Positions 1-7,652 of a stretch of DNA of 64,000 nucleotides are shown one piece after another. A model generated the notes under the pieces. The model had not been told where the DNA came from and searched no databases. It saw only the letters and a program-made list of their open reading frames with translations. Positions within the stretch are counted from its first letter, which is position 1, and each line of letters starts with the position of its first letter. The position numbers and the translations under genes are program-made. Source of the DNA: a virus; the IMG/VR virus record IMGVR_UViG_3300035698_017497, positions 61,757 through 125,756 of that record. One strand, given 5' to 3'.

Positions 1-7
1 GACAGCT

Positions 8-2509
8 GTGCAGGTATGCTACAGAGACTGGATGCCATTTGGGGATGATGCTAATAAGCAACAAAATTGGCGAATAATGTTTGATGGTAGTGTAAGTAAA
101 TTCTATAAAGTTGATCAGTCACATCAAGGCCGCGGGGTATCATTAGTCTGCAGGGACTTCAGGGCAGATATAAGGAAAACTCCAGCATCTATTGTGTATT
201 CTGGAGGACAAGACTTTAGCGTTAACGAGACTAATGTAGCTGGCATCAGCAGAACCTACTCAGTTAAGTATGGCTCCAGCGAACAGAACGCGACTCAAAG
301 GCAATTTAAGGGCGATGCTCTGTCATCAATTTTGACTATACTTCAGAGGATAGCAGGAAATTCGGCAGGGCTAAACGATAAGCCGACATTATACAATTTG
401 ACTTCAATCAATTCAATGCTTAAGAAAATGATCAAAGAAGCTACAGACGGTGGAACCCAGGCTCAGTTTGGTTTTTTCCTAGACGCTATGGCTAGAGGAG
501 TATGGTTAGAAGCTACGAATGCGTCATCATTAGCTATCTATTTGAATAAGAGATTGAGGATGGATAAGCGTCTTCTGATTCCAAAGAACGAGGCTGGAAC
601 TCTTATATTTAATTCACAGCTTGGGTCTTTTGGCGAAGGTGGCGGTGCTCATATAGGTAGTATTATAATGGGACATTCAAGGTACTCAAGTGTAGAGGCT
701 GTTATAATGAGGCTTGCCGCCTTATTTATGATGAGGCCATATGCATGTAGTACTCCATCTTTAATAGACATATCTGCTGGGCGTAAGGATAATCGGACGC
801 AGGTGATGGATGATCGTGTTTATAAATTTATGGTCACTGATCATCCTGACGAATTTGGCGCACCATATATGATAAATCAAGGCATGATACTTCCACCTAT
901 GGAATTCACTGCACCTCCGAATTGCAATTTGATATTTCCATGTATGACTACCAGAGTAGAGTGGAATCATGATTTTGATATGGATTACACAAGAGCTCAC
1001 TACAGCGTTAATAACTTTTTTAATAATGGCGGGAGTAAAGCTTTTGGGTGCGAAACGTATTCTCTTCCAGCATCACTTAAAGAGAGTAAAGAAAAAGGAA
1101 TGCTTCTAACTGAGGAAGAACGTTACAAAGGTGTGAATATGATGCAGGGGTCTCTTAGGAATGCTTTAATAAGAGATGACTCAATATCGGCATACCTTAG
1201 TACTACTAGTGATGTTAAAGCTTACAACACGGCGGTATCATTGGTAGCAGATCTTACTGCAGAGGTTGATGATCTAAAATCAAAAAAAGAAGGAAAATCT
1301 ATTAAGATTTTAGCAACATTAACAAAAAAAATAAAGACAGTTGTCAGTAAGATGGAAAAGCAAAAGAAAGCTATAAAGATTGTTCAAGACGCTACCCAGA
1401 AAAAAGATGGCAGCGTTAAGAAGGTTGCTTTACATCATGCTATGGTGAAATTTTTTAATGCAAGGTATAGCGGGAGAGTATGTAATATAGAAATGACATT
1501 TAACCCATTTATAATGGCCGGCTTTCCTTCAGCCGTATTCTCAGGGGTCAATGTTCATGGCGAGGATGATTCTAAGAATATAATTGGAATGGTGCAGCAG
1601 GTGAAACATCTGATACAGATATCCCCAAATGGAGGTGAAGCGGTAACATCTGTAGTCTTGAACAACACAAGATTTGAAGATGAGCCAACTGACATGAACG
1701 ATACCGGAGCCCCTCTATTTCTAAAAGCCACCAATAGAATTGATGCCGAGATAGATCCTGAGACTGATGATTTGAGTGTTGGTTATTATACCCCCAATCC
1801 AAAGGGCGGATCTCAGTTTACTAAGAAAAATGAAGCTTTGTCAAAACTTAAAATCGACCCATACGACACATTCTCTTTAGACTCTACATATAATAAACCG
1901 TCTGAATATAAATACGTAAAAGATTTGGTATCGATATCCAAGGAAGATGCCGGCGCAGGGGTATCGAATAGAATATATCTTGACAAGACATACGAGCCAA
2001 ACAGGGTATCGAAATTCTATAAAAATATATTGGGAATCCCAAAAAGCTTTATGCGTAATACATATTTTGGAGCTGATAAAAAGTCTCATACATATGCATA
2101 TGATTCAATTCATGAGGGGCTTAGGAATATATCTGATAATAATAAAGACATGCTTAGTAATTATGAGAGTGCTATGAATTACATATATAGGAATGTAGTG
2201 TCTGTAAATAAATTCTTCGTAAATATCCTCGGCATGAGTAGAAAGATAGATCTTGGCAATGGTAGCGTCTACTCGAATAACCATGAGAACCCAAGCGTAG
2301 TCGCTGATAATGAGATAGACAGCGAATACTTTGGGGTGACAACTGTCGACTATAATGAGAATAAAAGCAAATACTATGTAAGGGGATTGCTTCCAGGAGA
2401 TTTTAGCAGCGTTAAAGAGAGGCTCCCGGAAACCGCAATGATATCCGAGCGCAAACAAGCTGTAAAAAAATATAGAGAGCAAGCATTAATTATTGCAACT
2501 AGACAGTAA
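8..2509 (+). CDS. Virion structural protein, probable baseplate hub/tail-associated protein (likely 5'-truncated by the window edge)
   Basis: 833-aa ORF, frame open from base 2. The C-terminal 'GRVCNIEMTFNPFIMAGFPSAVF...IGMVQQVKHLI' resembles hub/late-control-D type segments, and it lies upstream of baseplate genes. Confidence 0.5.
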   Translation: MQVCYRDWMPFGDDANKQQNWRIMFDGSVSKFYKVDQSHQGRGVSLVCRDFRADIRKTPASIVYSGGQDFSVNETNVAGISRTYSVKYGSSEQNATQRQFKGDALSSILTILQRIAGNSAGLNDKPTLYNLTSINSMLKKMIKEATDGGTQAQFGFFLDAMARGVWLEATNASSLAIYLNKRLRMDKRLLIPKNEAGTLIFNSQLGSFGEGGGAHIGSIIMGHSRYSSVEAVIMRLAALFMMRPYACSTPSLIDISAGRKDNRTQVMDDRVYKFMVTDHPDEFGAPYMINQGMILPPMEFTAPPNCNLIFPCMTTRVEWNHDFDMDYTRAHYSVNNFFNNGGSKAFGCETYSLPASLKESKEKGMLLTEEERYKGVNMMQGSLRNALIRDDSISAYLSTTSDVKAYNTAVSLVADLTAEVDDLKSKKEGKSIKILATLTKKIKTVVSKMEKQKKAIKIVQDATQKKDGSVKKVALHHAMVKFFNARYSGRVCNIEMTFNPFIMAGFPSAVFSGVNVHGEDDSKNIIGMVQQVKHLIQISPNGGEAVTSVVLNNTRFEDEPTDMNDTGAPLFLKATNRIDAEIDPETDDLSVGYYTPNPKGGSQFTKKNEALSKLKIDPYDTFSLDSTYNKPSEYKYVKDLVSISKEDAGAGVSNRIYLDKTYEPNRVSKFYKNILGIPKSFMRNTYFGADKKSHTYAYDSIHEGLRNISDNNKDMLSNYESAMNYIYRNVVSVNKFFVNILGMSRKIDLGNGSVYSNNHENPSVVADNEIDSEYFGVTTVDYNENKSKYYVRGLLPGDFSSVKERLPETAMISERKQAVKKYREQALIIATRQ

Positions 2510-2529
2510 AATATAGTATTTTTAATATT

Positions 2530-2793
2530 ATGGAAAAATTAGCAATTAAATTAGGACCAATGGCTCGCAAGATTGCACTGTATGGTGATTCATTTTCTAG
2601 AAGTGATGTTTTGCGCAATGCTTCTAAGAAGGCTAAGTTTGCCGATGAGGTGTTTGAAGTGTCTCCGTCTAGGTATAAGTCCAACTTTCCAAGTATGAGC
2701 TCTGGAGCTGGCGAAATTGCAGCTGTTCCAAAAACATCGAGAGTTGCTGGGCAGTTAAATATAAAAGAGTTTACTCAATCTTACAGGCCATAG
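2530..2793 (+). CDS. Small hypothetical protein with K-x-A motifs (EKLA, RKIA), possible head-internal protein
   Basis: 87-aa ORF; first of a cluster of four small basic genes; possibly leaderless. Confidence 0.5.
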   Translation: MEKLAIKLGPMARKIALYGDSFSRSDVLRNASKKAKFADEVFEVSPSRYKSNFPSMSSGAGEIAAVPKTSRVAGQLNIKEFTQSYRP

Positions 2794-2836
2794 AATTGAT
2801 GCATGTTTATCTGTTTAATTTATTAAGGAGCTTTCA

Positions 2837-3169
2837 ATGAGTTATGAAGATGTTTATACAGACGCTTACAATGATGAGCTGGAGAAGATTGCTAAGGAAA
2901 AGAAGCGCGGATTTAAGAGTAAAATTCTTGGTGCCGCAGGTTCAAGTTTTAATGCTTCAATGACTAGGGCTCTGCCAGCAGCTACAGTTGGAGCTGTGAC
3001 CGGATATCTAATATCGAAAGGTTCCTCAGCAGCAGTTAGAAACTCGGCCACACGTATTGGTGGCAAGATAGGTGTGATTGTAGCGCTCCCATTTACTGCG
3101 TTAAAAATGTATAATAACGTTATCAAGTCTGAGAAAAAGTTTCAGAAAAAAAATAATAGTATTAACTAA
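2837..3169 (+). CDS. Leader-family protein 1 (MSYEDVYTDAYNDELEKIA leader, then basic Gly/Ala-rich hydrophobic cargo)
   Basis: AAGGAG RBS; 19-aa leader shared with the next two ORFs. Confidence 0.75.
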   Translation: MSYEDVYTDAYNDELEKIAKEKKRGFKSKILGAAGSSFNASMTRALPAATVGAVTGYLISKGSSAAVRNSATRIGGKIGVIVALPFTALKMYNNVIKSEKKFQKKNNSIN

Positions 3170-3187
3170 TTTACCAAGGAGTTTTCA

Positions 3188-3237
3188 ATGAGTTACGAAG
3201 AGATCTACACAGATGCGTACAACGATGAGCTAGAGAA
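3188..3237 (+). repeat. 50-nt exact direct repeat, copy 1 (copy 2 at 3748-3797; diverged copy at 2837-2886)
   Basis: atgagttacgaagagatctacacagatgcgtacaacgatgagctagagaa is identical at both gene starts. Confidence 0.95.
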
Positions 3238-3664
3238 GATTGCTGAAGAAAAGAAGAATGGAGTTCTCGGCAAGGTTATTGGTGGAGCAGCAATTCTCGG
3301 TACTGGCGCTGGGGCTATCTTAGGCGGTAGAAGTTTTTTAAGATCAGCTATTGGTAAATCTACGAAAAAGTATCTTGGAAGAAATAGCAGACGTTTAATG
3401 TCTGAAATGGAGTCTGACAGAGGTGATGTTGGCGGAGCCCTTAAAGACGCTATTGCCGAGGGCAGGTTAGGGATCGGGAGACGTACAAGATCTGGGGTAT
3501 CTAAAGCTAGGGATATATATAATTCTAATACTGGAAAGGTTAGCGGAGCTTATAATTCTGCAAAAAACAAGATTAAAAACGCACCTGATAATCTTAGGGC
3601 TAGCTTAAAATCTCAAAAAGACGCCGCTTCTCTTAAGAGAATAAAGATTGATGTTGGAACTTAA
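3188..3664 (+). CDS. Leader-family protein 2 (MSYEEIYTDAYNDELEKIA leader, glycine-zipper-like segment)
   Basis: AAGGAG RBS; shared leader; 'VLGKVIGGAAILGTGAGAILGG'. Confidence 0.75.
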   Translation: MSYEEIYTDAYNDELEKIAEEKKNGVLGKVIGGAAILGTGAGAILGGRSFLRSAIGKSTKKYLGRNSRRLMSEMESDRGDVGGALKDAIAEGRLGIGRRTRSGVSKARDIYNSNTGKVSGAYNSAKNKIKNAPDNLRASLKSQKDAASLKRIKIDVGT

Positions 3665-3747
3665 TTTGGATTTTGTATAAACTACGTACAAAAAAACCAG
3701 CCATTAATACTTGTGGGTATTTTTCATTTTAAAAGATTGGATATAAT

Positions 3748-3797
3748 ATGAGTTACGAAGAGATCTACACAGATGCGTACAACGATGAGCTAGAGAA
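3748..3797 (+). repeat. 50-nt exact direct repeat, copy 2
   Basis: Identical to 3188-3237. Confidence 0.95.
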
Positions 3798-4215
3798 AAT
3801 AGCATCGTCTAGAGCTGAGGCTAAAAGGGGCAAAATCGCAAAACGATATCGTGATGAAGCTAAATGGAATGAATTTAATGAAGATCTTGAATCTTCCAGA
3901 ACTAGAAAGGGAGCAGTTGCAAATGATGCTATAGTACTTGGAGGCATTGGTGCTGGAATAGCGTCAGGAATTGGAACTATTGCTTTAATTAATAAAATTA
4001 GAAAAGGTAAAGTGCCTACAAGCATAACGCATGGCGCACTAGCAGGAATGGGTGCTGGCTTAGTCGGAGGTGTAATGGTATCAGATAGAGTTACTAAAAA
4101 TACTCCGTACGGGATAGCTTCAGATAAAGCTGTAAATAAGTACCGGAAATACCTTGAAGCCGAGTCTAGGCAAAAAAAGATTGATGAGATCAATCGATTA
4201 AAAAGCGAACTGTAA
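3748..4215 (+). CDS. Leader-family protein 3 (MSYEEIYTDAYNDELEKIA leader, two glycine-zipper-like segments)
   Basis: Shared leader; 'LGGIGAGIASGIG' and 'GALAGMGAGLVGG'. Confidence 0.75.
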   Translation: MSYEEIYTDAYNDELEKIASSRAEAKRGKIAKRYRDEAKWNEFNEDLESSRTRKGAVANDAIVLGGIGAGIASGIGTIALINKIRKGKVPTSITHGALAGMGAGLVGGVMVSDRVTKNTPYGIASDKAVNKYRKYLEAESRQKKIDEINRLKSEL

Positions 4216-4245
4216 TAGCCATATACATTTATGTACAAAAATATC

Positions 4246-4275
4246 AAGGCAGAGTTTATTCTCTGCCTTTTTTTT
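4246..4275 (+). terminator. Rho-independent terminator after the leader-family cluster
   Basis: AAGGCAGAG-tttatt-CTCTGCCTT followed by a T run. Confidence 0.85.
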
Positions 4276-4333
4276 AGCTATGGGGTGATTTATATTATAT
4301 TATAGTATATATCTAATCCGGAGAGCGTAAAGT

Positions 4334-5038
4334 ATGGCACAGACAGATGCTGAAAAAATATTAGAATGGCAGAAAACCAAAGATCCTCAACTGTTCTTCG
4401 ACATTGTTAAGCAATACAATCCGATGATCCACAAAACTGTTAATCAGTATAGGACTACCGGGCTGGCAAAGTCTACACTTAAGGCTAGGGCTCAGGCTGA
4501 GTTTTTAAATGCGATTGTATCGTATAGCCCCGAGTATAAAACTTTACCATCTACCCATATATGGAATCACCTTAGGAAGATTCAGCGCGCTGCCACTGAG
4601 TCTCTAACATCTGGGCGTATCCCTGAACATAGAAATCTTAAGATGGCAACATTTGCAACCGTTAAAGCGAATCTGCGCGACCATTTAGATAGAGAACCTA
4701 GCTCAGTGGAAGTAGCTGAAGAATTGAAATGGTCTCCAAAGGCGGTAGAGATGATGGAGCGAGAGGTCAATGATGAAGTCACTGCGTCTAATGCAGAGTT
4801 TTCATTTTACGGTAATTCGACACAATTTGAAAATAAGGATCTGGCAAATGTTGAAATATTATATCATAGCAATGTGTCTCAGCCTGATCGCGTTATACTC
4901 GAGCACACATTTGGGTTTGGCGGAAAGACAAGACTTAACAATAAAGAAATTGCTAAACAATTAAACACAAATGAGATGGCCATTACCAGGGCTAAGAGAA
5001 AGCTCAGCGATAAAATAAGAGACATGAGGAGTGTATAA
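4334..5038 (+). CDS. Phage sigma-70 family RNA polymerase sigma factor (FliA/SigB-like architecture)
   Basis: Region 2-like 'FLNAIVSYSPEYKTLPSTHIWNHLR', region 3 'LDREPSSVEVAEELKWS', region 4 HTH 'LNNKEIAKQLNTNEMAITRAKRK'. Confidence 0.8.
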   Translation: MAQTDAEKILEWQKTKDPQLFFDIVKQYNPMIHKTVNQYRTTGLAKSTLKARAQAEFLNAIVSYSPEYKTLPSTHIWNHLRKIQRAATESLTSGRIPEHRNLKMATFATVKANLRDHLDREPSSVEVAEELKWSPKAVEMMEREVNDEVTASNAEFSFYGNSTQFENKDLANVEILYHSNVSQPDRVILEHTFGFGGKTRLNNKEIAKQLNTNEMAITRAKRKLSDKIRDMRSV

Positions 5039-7143
5039 TGGCTGGGCCAAATATAGACATTGTTCAAGATCTCATAGATACAGAATGCGTTATTCGCCAA
5101 AAGATCAGGGACTTTTGCAAAAAAATCCGTGAAAAAATTGAGGCTATTGCGGACATAATTGAGACTATTGTAAATTTAATAATTCAGATTAGGTTTGGCA
5201 AAATGCCAGACGCTTTACTGGCAACGCTTATAGCTGCCTCGTTGCAGTTAGCAGGAGAGGTCGCAGCAAATATAATGGCAGCCACAGGAGCTGCTTTTAC
5301 AGCTATTCTTGAAGCCTTGTTAGGTCCTTTGTTAAAAATGATTATGGTAGCGCCCGGAGCATTGAGCAGCATAGTTAGAATACCTCAAGACGCTGCTATT
5401 AAAATTGCTATGCGTGAGAGTAGGTATATTAGAGCTGCACAAAATAACATGTCGGTAATTATTAAAATATTAAAGAAATGGTTAAAAGCTCCATCGCAGA
5501 TAAATTACAGAAAACAAATGCAGGACGCTCTTCGCCATATAAGTGCAGCAATTAAAAAGTTAAATTCCGTTATAGCTCAACTTGAGAATGATGGCAATTC
5601 TGTTTTTGATACGTCGGCATTTAAAATAGCTGAGCTGAATGTATCTAAGGCTATAAGTGACACTTACATGGAAATAGATAATCCTTTAATGGATGCCATA
5701 AAGGAATCCCAAAAGATTGAAGCTGACACCTATTACGTCACAGAGTCCGCAAAGATCAAGGTGGTTCATAAAGCCAATTTAGCAGATATAAAAGCAGCTT
5801 ACATTAAAGATGTCCAGGAAAATACCTTAAGTGATAAGATTAAAGTGCATAGGGATGGAGTATGGATTACGAGGCACTCTAAAAATAATACAAAAATAGT
5901 TGCTGAAAGTTTTGAGGAAGCTGCATATAAAATAAAGTACCAAGAAGAGCTGGACTTAGAAAATACAAGATACAAACTTGAGTTGTCTGTGGCAAGGGAG
6001 GAGGCTGATGCAAAAGCATTAGTGTCCAGGAAAGCTTTTAGAAGCGCTAAGGCTTCCGTGAAAACTGAGTTTAATTCAGACATCCAAACTCTTGGTGAAC
6101 AAGCTGGTAGTTTTATATCAAACATAGGCGAAGCGTACTATTCATATAAGCAGTGTCAACAGTATACCATATCTGTATTTAATTATAAATCATTAGTATC
6201 CTCCTTGATTGCATTTCTGATTAAATTTATCAGAAAGGCCGGCAATGGCACAGGTAAGCTGAGCGCAATTATGCTGAGCAAGGCTGTTGATGTCATAGAC
6301 CCTCTTGAACAGATGTATGAGGAGACGTTGAATAAAGCTGCTCCTGAATTTAAAAGCGAAATGGCCCTAGAGCTCGCTGCCGGACATCAGCTTTTGACTT
6401 TTGCAAAAGTTATAATGACATCAGCCTCCACCGACTCAATGATAGCACTGATCAATGCCGACGATTTACTTGAAGACGAACAAGAGAAGATGAATAAACT
6501 CATGGAGGCTATTTACAATATTAAAGATTGGGATGGAAAAACCGGAGTATGGGGAGTTCAAGCATCGATATCTCTCAGTAATCCTTACATAGACGTTATT
6601 TTAAAAGCTGCATCGTTATCGATAGCTCTTCCAATTGCTTTAATATCTGGTGATGGCGAGAAAGCAAATAGTACAATATCAGAATTTTATGGTAAAACAA
6701 GAAGTCTTAAGGCTCATAATAGAGTTGTGCTAAAGGCTCTTAATACTTATAAGATTCCGAAGCACCCATTCACTAAGGAATTTGAGGAAGTGCTTAGTAA
6801 ACTTGGATTCTTAAGTATGTTTTCTGCACTGCTATCTATAAAGGGAATCATCTCATCGATAATAGATATGGCTCAGGGGTTTAAGAATTTAAAGAGATGT
6901 CAGATGGATTCTGGCGCCAGTGCCAGAGGAAATACCACTTATAGGAATGAGGCTAAGGCCGCAGTACTTCCGGCAGTTGCAGACACGAGAGATGGAAGAC
7001 TTCGTGAAGTTGAACTTAAAGATATACTTGCAAGTGAGTTTTTGGGAGACGTAATACCTGAGGCTAATAGGAAAATAGACGAGAGCTTTTCTGGGTTTGG
7101 AAGCGACCCGACTGATCCGTCTGCGAATATACGTATCTATTAA
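5038..7143 (+). CDS. Hypothetical helical/coiled-coil protein, probably virion-associated
   Basis: 701-aa ORF coupled to the sigma gene by a TAATG overlap; Ala/Ile/Lys-rich helices; precedes baseplate genes. Confidence 0.55.
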   Translation: MAGPNIDIVQDLIDTECVIRQKIRDFCKKIREKIEAIADIIETIVNLIIQIRFGKMPDALLATLIAASLQLAGEVAANIMAATGAAFTAILEALLGPLLKMIMVAPGALSSIVRIPQDAAIKIAMRESRYIRAAQNNMSVIIKILKKWLKAPSQINYRKQMQDALRHISAAIKKLNSVIAQLENDGNSVFDTSAFKIAELNVSKAISDTYMEIDNPLMDAIKESQKIEADTYYVTESAKIKVVHKANLADIKAAYIKDVQENTLSDKIKVHRDGVWITRHSKNNTKIVAESFEEAAYKIKYQEELDLENTRYKLELSVAREEADAKALVSRKAFRSAKASVKTEFNSDIQTLGEQAGSFISNIGEAYYSYKQCQQYTISVFNYKSLVSSLIAFLIKFIRKAGNGTGKLSAIMLSKAVDVIDPLEQMYEETLNKAAPEFKSEMALELAAGHQLLTFAKVIMTSASTDSMIALINADDLLEDEQEKMNKLMEAIYNIKDWDGKTGVWGVQASISLSNPYIDVILKAASLSIALPIALISGDGEKANSTISEFYGKTRSLKAHNRVVLKALNTYKIPKHPFTKEFEEVLSKLGFLSMFSALLSIKGIISSIIDMAQGFKNLKRCQMDSGASARGNTTYRNEAKAAVLPAVADTRDGRLREVELKDILASEFLGDVIPEANRKIDESFSGFGSDPTDPSANIRIY

Positions 7144-7190
7144 TGCATTTTCGATAGCAGTTACCAACCCCATATTGTATATTTTATATC

Positions 7191-7649
7191 ATGGATATAG
7201 ATTTCAATACAATTCTACGCGGTGACCGAGAAGAGTTCACCATTGAAGCTGGCGGTAAGGCCGTTGAAGGTAACCGTGCGCTGGCTAATCAATTTGAAAT
7301 TACGCTACTTACGTCGTGGAATGATTACTATTATCCTGAGACCGGTGAGATTAAGTCGGACACTTTTGGCGGAAACTCACTTAGATATGTTGGGCCACAG
7401 TACAACACTACTGACATTACAAGCATAATGGCAGCAATGACAGCCGCCGTAAATAACACCATTGAATCAATACAGAAGGAGCAAAGAAGTAAAAGTGTTC
7501 CGTTAAATGAGCAAATAAAATCAGCTAAAGTGTCCGATCTTTATACTAGCGGAGATACTATTTATTGTGTTATAGATGTTATTCCTATGGAGCTTGACCC
7601 TTATAGCGAAATCAAGTTAAACCTACCTATCATAAAGGTAAGGACATAA
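7191..7649 (+). CDS. Baseplate wedge protein, gp25/GPW-like
   Basis: 152 aa; 'VEGNRALANQFEITLLT...FGGN...EQIKSAKV' pattern; sits immediately before the baseplate J-like gene. Confidence 0.6.
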   Translation: MDIDFNTILRGDREEFTIEAGGKAVEGNRALANQFEITLLTSWNDYYYPETGEIKSDTFGGNSLRYVGPQYNTTDITSIMAAMTAAVNNTIESIQKEQRSKSVPLNEQIKSAKVSDLYTSGDTIYCVIDVIPMELDPYSEIKLNLPIIKVRT

Positions 7650-7652
7650 AAA

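Noticed and set aside
2837-3797. Repeats as a CRISPR array or DGR template/variable pair
   Set aside because: The repeats are coding gene starts hundreds of bases apart, the differences are mostly synonymous rather than adenine-specific, and no reverse transcriptase or cas1 is present in the window.
5038-7143. Tape measure protein
   Set aside because: Helical and Ala-rich, but short for a large phage, and no tube, sheath or chaperone genes are adjacent; left as hypothetical.
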